IMG/VR virus record: IMGVR_UViG_3300020045_003852
Span: 16,015 to 80,014 of that record
Length of the DNA stretch: 64,000 bases
DNA from: a virus
Direction: 5' to 3' (one strand)
In this document: piece after piece, positions 45,406 to 54,447 of the stretch
Layout: every line of letters begins with the position of its first letter
How positions within the stretch are numbered: the first letter of the stretch is position 1
Notes under the pieces: generated by a model
Told to the model about the DNA's origin: nothing
The model's input: the letters and a program-made list of their open reading frames with translations, nothing else
The model's database searches: none
Made by a program: the position numbers and the translations under genes

Positions 45406-47499
45406 TTAAAAAGATGGTGGTACTAGGTTTTCTGGCTTTCTGGCTGCTACAGAAACAACTCCGTCAAAAATAGTAACAGAACTGAAAACACAAGACATAT
45501 AACCCCCTGCACCTGTTCCTTGTCCATCACTGCCCATTTCAACAGTGTTACTAAGCATTGCAATTTGGGCTAATGTAGGAGTTGAACCTGTTGTTGAAAT
45601 TCCTTCAACACCGTTCACATTACAGAATGACCCATCTCCATTTGGTTGTTGTGGAGTACTAGATATACCAAAGAAAACAGTAGAAGGCTTTTCATACTCC
45701 ATTCCGGCAGGGAGCGTCGTAGTTCCTGTAACGGCCACGCCACCAAATTCAGTTCCTGCACCAAAGTAATAATCTTGCGCTATGTCGTCTGCCCTGTCAT
45801 CTGCACCACCGCCTATGCTCCCCGGTCTATGTGTTATACCAAACCTGTTTAGCCCATTATATTTGCAAGAAGATATGTAATAAAAATCCCTCTTAGACGT
45901 TGAACTTGGGTTAAAAAGTGGGTAGTATTTAAATCCAATTGTTAAATCATTTCTTGAAGATGGAAAAATGGTTGTTGGGATAGAAACAACATCCGCGTTT
46001 CTAATGATTACACTTCCTGCCGTATTTCCTATATAACTGGTTACATGATCATTCGCTTCTAACTGCGTTCCGCCAATAAGCAAAGTCAAACCGCTGTCTG
46101 TTGTGCTTCCATCTCCAGAAACAGCCGCAATGGAGAACAGCGGGGCAGTTGAACCACTAGCCCCACCTAGTGTTGAAAACCCGATTCTGTAGATATTGTT
46201 TATTCCTGTGGCCTTTATAACAACATCTGAAGATAGGACATTCTGCAAAGTTCCAACAGCGCCTGTTTCGATATTGAACCAAACCCTAGCAATGGTACTC
46301 CCATCTAAACGGGTTATGGATAAGTTGGCCCATTTTGCTGTTCCAATTTTTACGTAGGCACTAGCAGCAAGCATTAAATTGTTGGCTGCCGTAGGAACCG
46401 TTCCAGACCATGATTGTGAAATTTTATCTGTTACCGTATAAAACCTCCCATAGCCAATAGGATTATCTGTAGTTGTGCTTTGTAGTGGAGTCGTCGTTGA
46501 ATACGACCATGCAGCGTTATTTAATGTAGAATTGTATAGTAATCTTTGTGTTGCTGAATATTCTCTTAGTAGCCCACTCACCTCTGACTCAATTGGAGTT
46601 GGAGAGATTGTTTTTGTAGCAATCCCATTGAGGTCAACGCTCCAAGTATTTGTGAACGGTGAGTACATTACACCCTCCACACCAGCCCCAAGGTAGGGAG
46701 GGGCCGCACCAGATATGCCTCTTGCTAAGTAGTCCCCAGGGCTTCCGTCGGTTCCATCTGTGTTTTCAAGCTGTGAGCAAGCCGCATTAAAAGAAAATGC
46801 TCCGCTAGTAACATTACTTATCGTTATTCTATGATTTGTTCCGTCGACAATAACACCTTGAATAGAGAAACGTTTTCTAGCTCCAGAGGTTGCGTCCACA
46901 ATTTTTTCTGCCACAGTATAACTGTCGCTTGATCTTTCTATCCGCATCTTTAGGCTAGAACTAGACGCCCCCCATAGGTATATAGAAAATGTATGACGAC
47001 CTTGTTCATATGGGGATGAGTTTAGTGTAATAAGGTTTATGCTGGACGATCCTGAGTAGGACAACAGCCCACCTCCTGTTGAGTTAGGTGTGAGTGTAGT
47101 AGATGCCCCAAGTGTCCACCCTGTTGTAAAGCCCTCTGAATCAGCAATCAAGTTTGATGTTCGTCTCGCCCCAATAAATCTTGCTTCCCCTGCCCTAACG
47201 TACCTGACCATCCCAACATAGTCTGTGGTAGTTGCCACTGTTGCCCTTGCAAGAGAAACCATCGTTCCTTGTACAGCAGAGTAGGCCGGTGAAAGAGAAG
47301 TTTTTAATGGAGCGTTAAATGTTGCCTTAGGAGTTTCAGGTGTAATATTAACAACAGCACTGCCATCTGCGTCAACAGGAACAAACCCTGGAGGAAGACA
47401 TCCAACCTTTGTGTTAGACGCAGATGAAGTAGCTTTAATAACAAGCCTACCGCTTGTATCAACAGGCCAACCAACTTGTTCTAGAACGTGATCTATCAT
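45406..47499 (-). CDS. virion spike/fiber-like protein
   Basis: Ser/Thr/Gly-rich beta content; RATVAT, QLE...TSYI, RNAD; paralog of 47516..50065. Confidence 0.65.
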   Translation of the reverse strand: MIDHVLEQVGWPVDTSGRLVIKATSSASNTKVGCLPPGFVPVDADGSAVVNITPETPKATFNAPLKTSLSPAYSAVQGTMVSLARATVATTTDYVGMVRYVRAGEARFIGARRTSNLIADSEGFTTGWTLGASTTLTPNSTGGGLLSYSGSSSINLITLNSSPYEQGRHTFSIYLWGASSSSLKMRIERSSDSYTVAEKIVDATSGARKRFSIQGVIVDGTNHRITISNVTSGAFSFNAACSQLENTDGTDGSPGDYLARGISGAAPPYLGAGVEGVMYSPFTNTWSVDLNGIATKTISPTPIESEVSGLLREYSATQRLLYNSTLNNAAWSYSTTTPLQSTTTDNPIGYGRFYTVTDKISQSWSGTVPTAANNLMLAASAYVKIGTAKWANLSITRLDGSTIARVWFNIETGAVGTLQNVLSSDVVIKATGINNIYRIGFSTLGGASGSTAPLFSIAAVSGDGSTTDSGLTLLIGGTQLEANDHVTSYIGNTAGSVIIRNADVVSIPTTIFPSSRNDLTIGFKYYPLFNPSSTSKRDFYYISSCKYNGLNRFGITHRPGSIGGGADDRADDIAQDYYFGAGTEFGGVAVTGTTTLPAGMEYEKPSTVFFGISSTPQQPNGDGSFCNVNGVEGISTTGSTPTLAQIAMLSNTVEMGSDGQGTGAGGYMSCVFSSVTIFDGVVSVAARKPENLVPPSF

Positions 47500-47515
47500 A
47501 CATTACTCCTGAAAA

Positions 47516-50065
47516 TTAGGTTACTATACCGAATTGTGTTATCGTTTTAATTGTATTCTCACTTAGTGATTGCTTAAATGCGGCAATGTTCTTGTGAAAA
47601 GACATGTTCTGAGGCATTGCTTGAACAATGTCTACTGTTGCCTCTGGATATAGACCAGCAGTTCTTGCTGCGATCTTTCCAATAAACAGGGTTTCTGGCG
47701 GATAGTCCATTGTGTATTTCTTACTAGGAAACAACGGAATTGGGACGCTTTGCTTATGCATTTCTGTTCCATTTATGTATGCATAGTATTCTTCAGCTTT
47801 AACCATCCAAGCTGCCTTGTACTCGGCCATAAATCCCGCAGACGGCAGCAGTTCTGCACCAGAATAACACTCGTAGAATCCGCTAATGCCATTATCTATG
47901 TTACATTGCCAACGGACTGTTCCATCCGCAGTTAGATTACTTGTTGTATCTGGTGGTGTTGTGTATGTTGTAACAAAGGTTGGGGCTGAACTTCCGCTTG
48001 TTCCAGCAACAACACAAGTATACATGTTTTTACTTGTCGTGTTATTTGGCTTAGTATCAGGAGGGATACAATAGTCACCTAATTCATAAACGGTATTTGC
48101 TTTCCAAAAGTAAATTGGATTAGGGTCACCGTTATAAAAGTCATAGGCAAACTTAGCGTTTGCAGCACCACCAGACATAGGAGGACGAATAGTTATTCCT
48201 GTTCTGTTCATATCATGTGCCACATTATAAGGGGAGGCGGTATTTATCCCTGTTGTTTGTGAGTAGAATTGTTTATCTGTTTGCTCCACTTTGTAGTAGG
48301 GGGTAAAATCAGAGTAAGCTCCAAAATTAGTTCTACCCATCACACCGGACACAGGAATCTCAATTGACTGCCCAAGTGTGTTACCAACTGATGCTCCGGT
48401 AAACACTGGTGGAACTGCTATTGGCCTATGATTCAGGTTTGCTGTTCCAGACAAGTCTCTACGTGTTGTAAAATTAGGACACCACACGTAGTTATACTTG
48501 CTAACTCCGTCATAAGTTGGTAGATTATCCCCGTTGGCAAGACCAATAGAGACTTGCGGACTTAGTGTGCCAGCGCCCATTGGAACTGTCCAGAGAACAC
48601 GATACCATGAATTTCCCCAAGGCTCGACATTCAGCGTACCAATTTGCGTTACACCAATGACCCCTGTCTTTGCATTAAAATATGCAGAGTTTGTTGTTCC
48701 TGCAATGTTTGTAAACGAGAGACGCATCCATTCCCTGCCTGTAGAATCTCCAGAGTGTTTGACAAACACATTGAAATTATTCCATGTATCGTCGTAGGTT
48801 GCCATTGTAGCTGATAACGTAAACACAACCCGGTGTGCGGACGATGCGGTAGTGTCCTCTGCTAGTTTATAGGTAGAATATGTTCCGTCTGGTGCTTTAA
48901 TAGTAGCATCTAGTGCCAGTGTTGAAGCGGATACTGACCATCCTGTCCAAACATCATTGTTTGTTATTTGTTGTTGTGTTGTAGGGAAGGTAGCGATCCC
49001 TTTACATGTTGTTAGTAAGGCACCGGTTATTTCTGTAACAACGTGAGTGCCAATATTTCCTGTGTTTCCAAGTGCTGTATCAAAATATTTTACACCGTCA
49101 ACAGCGGCGCCGTGCCAAAACTTAGAGAGCGGCGGGTCGTTCTTTGAAATGTATTCAGATGGTACTGTTGCAACTGCATAATCTTCTTCAAACTGGAAGC
49201 GTCTGACGAGAACCGTACCTGCTGTTCCTAGTGAACGAATTCCGTAGACATAAGCTGCTGCTCCAGTCGGGGAGCAAGGCAGATAGTACCTAGCCCACTC
49301 TTGTCCGACTATTACAGTTGCTACCTCAAGGTCTGCCCCACCACTGACCCACACAGCCAATTGAACATTTGTAAGAGTTCCTGCGCGGAGTTCTACAGAC
49401 ATAACATGTGGCATGGCTCTATATGTAGAGCCGGAGGTTCTGCGGATTGTGCTAGAAGTAGATGATGTGAGACTTAGTTCCCATGTCGTCCCATCATCGG
49501 CCCCGATTGTGCTGTCGTTAACATATTGGATAGTTGCAGAACTATCCAACGTCCAAACAGCATTTGTTAATGTATTAGAGTGGCTAGTTAGATTTTCAAC
49601 CCTCCTAGCACCCCAAAATAGGGATTCACCAAGTGTGGATCGAACTGCCATGCCTAGATGATTCTTTACATGGCCCAGACCACCCCCACTGCTAGTGTCC
49701 CTTGTAAAATTTGGGTAGGGGCCAAGTTCAGGAATTAGACTACACTTGTGCTGACCAAAGTATCCCATAAAAGGTGCTGCCGGGAGCGAAATGCCATCAA
49801 CGACCCGGCCCGTAGTGGCATCGCTAAAATTTACTGTTACGCCGGAAACAGAAGCGGAAAGTGCCCCTTCTTCAAGAGTAGATGTAACAACACTCCCGCC
49901 TTCGGCGCTTTGCAAATTAACTACCATATTACCGTTCGCATCAACCGGAATATTATCACTTGGCAGCGCCCCAACAACACTCCTTCCACCCGTACCAACT
50001 ACAGCTACAATTTCTCCCTCAGAATTAACTGGAAATCCATACTGCTCTTTAATCAAATCAACCAT
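47516..50065 (-). CDS. virion spike/fiber-like protein
   Basis: Shared N-terminus with the 697-aa protein; GARRVENL; WKANTVYELGD module. Confidence 0.65.
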   Translation of the reverse strand: MVDLIKEQYGFPVNSEGEIVAVVGTGGRSVVGALPSDNIPVDANGNMVVNLQSAEGGSVVTSTLEEGALSASVSGVTVNFSDATTGRVVDGISLPAAPFMGYFGQHKCSLIPELGPYPNFTRDTSSGGGLGHVKNHLGMAVRSTLGESLFWGARRVENLTSHSNTLTNAVWTLDSSATIQYVNDSTIGADDGTTWELSLTSSTSSTIRRTSGSTYRAMPHVMSVELRAGTLTNVQLAVWVSGGADLEVATVIVGQEWARYYLPCSPTGAAAYVYGIRSLGTAGTVLVRRFQFEEDYAVATVPSEYISKNDPPLSKFWHGAAVDGVKYFDTALGNTGNIGTHVVTEITGALLTTCKGIATFPTTQQQITNNDVWTGWSVSASTLALDATIKAPDGTYSTYKLAEDTTASSAHRVVFTLSATMATYDDTWNNFNVFVKHSGDSTGREWMRLSFTNIAGTTNSAYFNAKTGVIGVTQIGTLNVEPWGNSWYRVLWTVPMGAGTLSPQVSIGLANGDNLPTYDGVSKYNYVWCPNFTTRRDLSGTANLNHRPIAVPPVFTGASVGNTLGQSIEIPVSGVMGRTNFGAYSDFTPYYKVEQTDKQFYSQTTGINTASPYNVAHDMNRTGITIRPPMSGGAANAKFAYDFYNGDPNPIYFWKANTVYELGDYCIPPDTKPNNTTSKNMYTCVVAGTSGSSAPTFVTTYTTPPDTTSNLTADGTVRWQCNIDNGISGFYECYSGAELLPSAGFMAEYKAAWMVKAEEYYAYINGTEMHKQSVPIPLFPSKKYTMDYPPETLFIGKIAARTAGLYPEATVDIVQAMPQNMSFHKNIAAFKQSLSENTIKTITQFGIVT

Positions 50066-50096
50066 AATGATTTATCCTTAATTGTAATTATTACTA

Positions 50097-50570
50097 TTAT
50101 TCGTTATCTTCTTTACCGACATTAGCCATTTCGTTAGCAATGCTGACAATTGTCTTAGACTTAATTTCTTGCAGCAACGCTTGCTTATATTCCATGTCAG
50201 CTTTATGTTGGCGTTCTTTACAGAACATATTGTATAGAAAAGATAACACAGCTATGGCCACTCCCGAGAAGATTGCTATATCGTTCATTGACCATACGCC
50301 TCCCCATATTGTTATAACTGAACCGGTATATGTGGTAACCGTTGTAACTTTATCATTCACATCTTGCCCCTTGTTATTTTTGTTAATAATATTGCCTATT
50401 GGCAATAATGAAATGAAGTCCCCATAATAGGCGTCTTCTAAAGATATACCAATATTAGCCGCCTTTGTATTACCTAGCAATGTTACAAGAGGGAACTCCT
50501 TAGAGCTTCCTCCAATGCAGCATAACGAATTAATTGGTATATCTTCTCCAGCAATGCCTAATGTGGGCAT
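50097..50570 (-). CDS. two-part protein; C-terminal half holin-like (possible internal GTG start at 50360)
   Basis: TYTGSVITIWGG..SMNDIAIFSGVAIAVLSFLYN TM pattern followed by a charged tail. Confidence 0.55.
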   Translation of the reverse strand: MPTLGIAGEDIPINSLCCIGGSSKEFPLVTLLGNTKAANIGISLEDAYYGDFISLLPIGNIINKNNKGQDVNDKVTTVTTYTGSVITIWGGVWSMNDIAIFSGVAIAVLSFLYNMFCKERQHKADMEYKQALLQEIKSKTIVSIANEMANVGKEDNE

Positions 50571-50590
50571 TATATTATTCTCTTTAAAGG

Positions 50591-50608
50591 AAGCCCCCGA
50601 AGGGGCTT
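50591..50608. terminator. intrinsic terminator
   Basis: AAGCCCC-CGAA-GGGGCTT (UUCG loop on the - strand). Confidence 0.7.
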
Positions 50609-50627
50609 GTTCCTACAATATTATTGC

Positions 50628-51527
50628 TTATGAATAAATTCTATCAATCTCTTCTTGAATCTTGTCTACAACCTCAATAACAGATGTCCCGACAAAACAT
50701 TCTGTGTAACCATCAAATTCTTTATTTGGATTTTTATAATTAGCCCGAAACCAATTAAGAACTTCTCTTTCTATGGTTTGACAATCTATCCCGGAGAGTG
50801 TTACTTCATAAACAACATTAAAGACCTCTCCAGACGACCTCGATACGAAGTATGATCGGTAATTTCCTGATTTATTCGAGATGCCAACCTTTATACAAGA
50901 ATCTGACTCTAGAACATAAACAACACCGTCTTTATATGGAGAGAACCCGGACTTTGCACAGGATGGGCAACCACAGGGCATTAAGTGCACACTCGGTTTC
51001 TGAAAGAAGCTCCCGTGTATTTTGCACACTATCTCGACTGGAGTTGTTGCATCAACATAGTTAACCTTAGAATAATCGTACCTATCCCCATGCTTTCTAA
51101 CTGCGTCAATTACGAAAATTCCGGTGTTCTTTGGTGCTCCGCTGTTACAATAAGGGCAACCTTGTTTTCTATGAATGTGGTGGGCTGCATCTTGATAGAA
51201 TGTGCCGTGTATGGAACAAGTCATTGGTATCTTAGAATAAATATCCATGTATTCAGACATGTCATACTTGTACCTGTCTTTATGTATGCTATAGAATATA
51301 TCAAGCACTTCTTCTTTTGTCTTTAGCGCCACTCCAGCACACCTTGGGCATCCACTTCTCCTTGATGTATGATTTCTTGGTAATACTGTGAACTCGCCAT
51401 GTTCTTTACAAATCACAACAACTTTATTGTCACTGCGGGTATAATTTGTTTTTGAATAGTCATATCTGGTTCCGTGTACAGCAACAGCTTCAGAGATATA
51501 TTGCTCTGTTGTTATTTTCTTACTCAC
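50628..51527 (-). CDS. homing endonuclease-like protein with 3 zinc-ribbon (DUF723-like) repeats and a GIY-YIG-like C-terminus
   Basis: GTG start with GAGGAG SD gives MSKKITTEQYI, matching the paralog; VYVL...IKVGIS..R; GYTECF. Confidence 0.8.
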   Translation of the reverse strand: MSKKITTEQYISEAVAVHGTRYDYSKTNYTRSDNKVVVICKEHGEFTVLPRNHTSRRSGCPRCAGVALKTKEEVLDIFYSIHKDRYKYDMSEYMDIYSKIPMTCSIHGTFYQDAAHHIHRKQGCPYCNSGAPKNTGIFVIDAVRKHGDRYDYSKVNYVDATTPVEIVCKIHGSFFQKPSVHLMPCGCPSCAKSGFSPYKDGVVYVLESDSCIKVGISNKSGNYRSYFVSRSSGEVFNVVYEVTLSGIDCQTIEREVLNWFRANYKNPNKEFDGYTECFVGTSVIEVVDKIQEEIDRIYS

Positions 51528-51599
51528 ATTACTCCTCTGCAAAGGGAAACGGCTAGACTGCGTTGCAGCGCAGTCAGGAGGATCAGTCTTTTCGCCGTA
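51528..51599 (-). promoter_or_regulatory. structured 5' leader RNA (kissing loop over the SD), copy B
   Basis: Covaries with 35058..35127. Confidence 0.7.
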
Positions 51600-51701
51600 T
51601 TAGATTTGTCATTCCTCATCAGCCGCTACGCGGCGAGTAGAACAACATTTAGATATTAAGAATTAAGTTTGTTATTCTGCATCTTAAATTCTTACATTAC
51701 T

Positions 51702-51730
51702 ATTATATCACATATTTCTCTCTAAAGCAA
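51702..51730 (-). promoter_or_regulatory. sigma70-like promoter
   Basis: TTGCTT-17-TATAAT. Confidence 0.7.
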
Positions 51731-51749
51731 GTAGATTGGCATATTTATT

Positions 51750-52225
51750 ATTCCCGCCCATACTGGGCTGCTCTTGCTTCGCTTTGCACACAACAATATA
51801 CTGACGCGCTTGCGCTTGTCTTGCACAGAAACATGTTGTGTAATGTATACTAGCCGCTTAGCGGCCAGCAATAAGCGCATATGCGCCATTCCCAACATGT
51901 GCTGTAAGCACCTTAGCCCTTCGGTGATTCCGACTGATACTACGTATCTACGGAGAACTACTAAATTACTAATGCTCCACAGACCGCTTCGCTCTTGACT
52001 TTAATTATAGCGAAGCTATGTGTTTGTGCATATAGCCGCTTAGCGGCCAGTTCGACATGCGTCCTAGACGCTAGTCTACTAGCGCCTTAGGCGCATGTTA
52101 AAGTCAAACCCGTTAGGTGGTTTGGTAATCAGGTATTTAGTAGTCGTCTTAACCAGCACTGTGCGAAGCTGAAGCGCCTTATGTTGGCCGCTAAGCGGCT
52201 ATTTCATAGCGCTGTAAGCGCGTTA
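51750..52225. repeat. non-coding array of short GC-rich inverted repeats (mini-hairpins), region 1
   Basis: About 10 palindromes with 5-bp arms and 3-nt loops; GCCGC-TTA-GCGGC occurs three times. Confidence 0.75.
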
Positions 52226-52317
52226 ACTACTAGGGGGACTTTGTGGTACCATGCGAATGTAAATAGTCCTTTTGAGGTACTATGTACAGATCGATCAACA
52301 TTTATCTTTCGTAGGCA

Positions 52318-52346
52318 TTGACTTTCGCTCAATATTGGTGTATAAT
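52318..52346 (+). promoter_or_regulatory. sigma70 promoter
   Basis: TTGACT-17-TATAAT. Confidence 0.8.
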
Positions 52347-52374
52347 GGTTGTATGACTTGAGAAAGGAGTAGTT

Positions 52375-52587
52375 ATGTTTGATTGGATAGGTTCTACTAT
52401 GGAACAGTGTGCGAGGCACATTGCGGAAACTCCAGCCGCTAATACATATTCACAAATAAAATACCACGAGGTATGGGGGGAGCAAAAAGTAGTAGATAAA
52501 ATTATTGAGGCCAGGAAACTGGCAAAGATGTACAGACTGCTAGCTAGGGCAGATAAAATTAGACAGGAAATGCAGGAGGATAATTAA
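52375..52587 (+). CDS. hypothetical protein
   Basis: AAGGAG SD. Confidence 0.65.
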   Translation: MFDWIGSTMEQCARHIAETPAANTYSQIKYHEVWGEQKVVDKIIEARKLAKMYRLLARADKIRQEMQEDN

Positions 52588-52588
52588 C

Positions 52589-52771
52589 ATGCAAGTTAAA
52601 TTTAAATCCCCAATGTTCCTTTGGCTAAAGGAGAACTGTGGAAATAGAAGTATTCCGTCGTTTATCGTAGAGATTATTCAAAAAGAAATGAATGGCCCAC
52701 AAAAGGGGGTGTGTTATGGAAGCAACGAGGAAGGTAGTGTCAAAAGAAACAAATCACATAATTGTTTGTGA
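52589..52771 (+). CDS. small DNA-binding-like protein (RHH-like, tentative)
   Basis: AGGAGG SD; RSIPSFIVEIIQKEM pattern. Confidence 0.45.
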   Translation: MQVKFKSPMFLWLKENCGNRSIPSFIVEIIQKEMNGPQKGVCYGSNEEGSVKRNKSHNCL

Positions 52772-53297
52772 GCCTTTGCTGTTAGCAGATACTGTATTGA
52801 ATGTTGAAACCAATGTTGAGTGTAAAATAACGATACACGATAAAATGGTGTATTCCCATGTGTGCAAACAAGCATCTTGGTTTAAGTCAAAAGGTAATCT
52901 GTTGTTTGAGTCACAGGATTCTATTGCAACAGCGATGTGCTTTGAAAGGAAAACCGTTAACAGGTCAATAAAGAAACTTGAAAGCATTGGCCTGCTAACA
53001 AAATCAAAGAAACGTGTTGGTGAGTCCTGGAAGAATACATATTCTGCTGTCTACATGTTCGGAGGAGGTTTTAGGTTGTTTGCAGAGATAGAATCTAGGA
53101 CATTTAACACAAAACCGGTTAGGGAAGTTGTTGAAATTGTGCAATCACTTGAAGAAAACAAGGTAGAGCCCGCTTTGATAAAATCGCCTGCCCCATGCGC
53201 TCCAAGCGCGTCGCCCTATCTGACTGGTGCAGACCTGTTGGGACAGGCTGTTAAATTATATGACTATTCAAACAACGATATTGTATTACCATTTTAA
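52716..53297 (+). CDS. winged-helix DNA-binding protein (replication-initiator-like)
   Basis: ESQDSIATAMCFERKTVNRSIKKLESIGLL; ends DIVLPF. Confidence 0.7.
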   Translation: MEATRKVVSKETNHIIVCEPLLLADTVLNVETNVECKITIHDKMVYSHVCKQASWFKSKGNLLFESQDSIATAMCFERKTVNRSIKKLESIGLLTKSKKRVGESWKNTYSAVYMFGGGFRLFAEIESRTFNTKPVREVVEIVQSLEENKVEPALIKSPAPCAPSASPYLTGADLLGQAVKLYDYSNNDIVLPF

Positions 53298-53308
53298 AAC
53301 CAAGGAGA

Positions 53309-53770
53309 ATGAACATGGAACAAGTTGATATTGACGGTTACATTGAAGTTGATAGAAGACTTCTCATGGCAAGGTCTATTATGAACACCAATACAGGTGT
53401 GCTTATGGATGTGAATATAGGAGACAAGTTCGTATACTCTTATTTGTCTAGTCATGCGAAGCAATCTAATTTTGTTGGTAGGTATATTGAGGATTCTATC
53501 GCGCATATTGGTGCATCCATAGGAATTAGTATGAGGCGTGTAGGCAACTCGTTAAAGAAACTTGAAAAGGTGGGTCTTGTCGTAAAGAGCAAGATGAATA
53601 GAAAGTGCGATCCTACTGCAATATATAACGTCTTCGCTCTTGACAACTTTAAAATGTATACACAGAAGTCTTCAAAGATACGTGATATTGATGGCGCTAT
53701 TCAAGGGGTTGAAATTGTGTTTGAAAGTAGTCAAACACACATAGGCAACGATACAATTATTCCATTTTAA
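53309..53770 (+). CDS. winged-helix DNA-binding protein, paralog of 52716..53297
   Basis: DKFVYSY; DSIAHIGASIGISMRRVGNSLKKLEKVGLV; ends DTIIPF. Confidence 0.7.
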   Translation: MNMEQVDIDGYIEVDRRLLMARSIMNTNTGVLMDVNIGDKFVYSYLSSHAKQSNFVGRYIEDSIAHIGASIGISMRRVGNSLKKLEKVGLVVKSKMNRKCDPTAIYNVFALDNFKMYTQKSSKIRDIDGAIQGVEIVFESSQTHIGNDTIIPF

Positions 53771-53785
53771 TACAAGGAGAACACA

Positions 53786-54004
53786 GTGCAAAAGAAAACG
53801 TATATCCGAGATGGTGAGGAGAAAGTTCTTATCGTGGAGTTGCATACGGATAAGAAAGGTAATCAACTCCTTGGAAAATGGCTTGATGTGCCATATATCC
53901 AGTGCATTGAAGAAGGAAATATTAACCTCGTGCACAATGGTATCAAAGTTGTTGTCCCTTGTGATGATATTATGTTTAGGGATGAAGACACGTTTGTAAT
54001 TTAG
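53786..54004 (+). CDS. hypothetical protein
   Basis: AAGGAG SD, GTG start. Confidence 0.6.
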   Translation: MQKKTYIRDGEEKVLIVELHTDKKGNQLLGKWLDVPYIQCIEEGNINLVHNGIKVVVPCDDIMFRDEDTFVI

Positions 54005-54006
54005 TC

Positions 54007-54035
54007 TTGACAACACAACATATTTCGTGTAGCAT
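54007..54035 (+). promoter_or_regulatory. sigma70-like promoter
   Basis: TTGACA-17-TAGCAT. Confidence 0.6.
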
Positions 54036-54059
54036 TAAATTTTAACAGGAAGGAATAAC

Positions 54060-54251
54060 ATGCAAACGCTAGAACAAATTGTACAAGCAACTTTGAATGC
54101 CTCTTGTATACTTGGAATGGATGTGTACATTGAAACACGCGATAACGGTTGCATGAGCAACGAAACACTTGACAAACTCCAACAATTACATCAAGATGTA
54201 ATCTTGCAGATTGAACAATTTATTAAGGAGAATAACAATGTGGCCATTTAA
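54060..54251 (+). CDS. hypothetical protein
   Basis: SD present. Confidence 0.6.
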   Translation: MQTLEQIVQATLNASCILGMDVYIETRDNGCMSNETLDKLQQLHQDVILQIEQFIKENNNVAI

Positions 54252-54447
54252 GAAGAGTATTGAACAGTTGTCAATTGATCTTGCAGGGAAGGTTGCTGCA
54301 AGAGATGTATTGCTTCAAATTGGAAAAGAGACGAAGGAATATTATGTACGGAATATTGTTGAACTAAGTTTAGACATTGGTGAAATTTCCACAAAGATTA
54401 AATTTATGCAACTCAACGAGAAACAAAAGGAGAAACAAAATGATTGA
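54238..54447 (+). CDS. hypothetical protein (MWPFKK...)
   Basis: AAGGAG SD before ATG 54238. Confidence 0.6.
   Translation: MWPFKKSIEQLSIDLAGKVAARDVLLQIGKETKEYYVRNIVELSLDIGEISTKIKFMQLNEKQKEKQND

Noticed and set aside
51774-51998. 74-aa ORF inside hairpin array 1
   Set aside because: TTG start without an SD and atypical composition; probably spurious.
51750-52225. CRISPR array or REP/IS ends
   Set aside because: The repeats are ~13 bp, variable in sequence and irregularly spaced, with no cas gene or transposase nearby.
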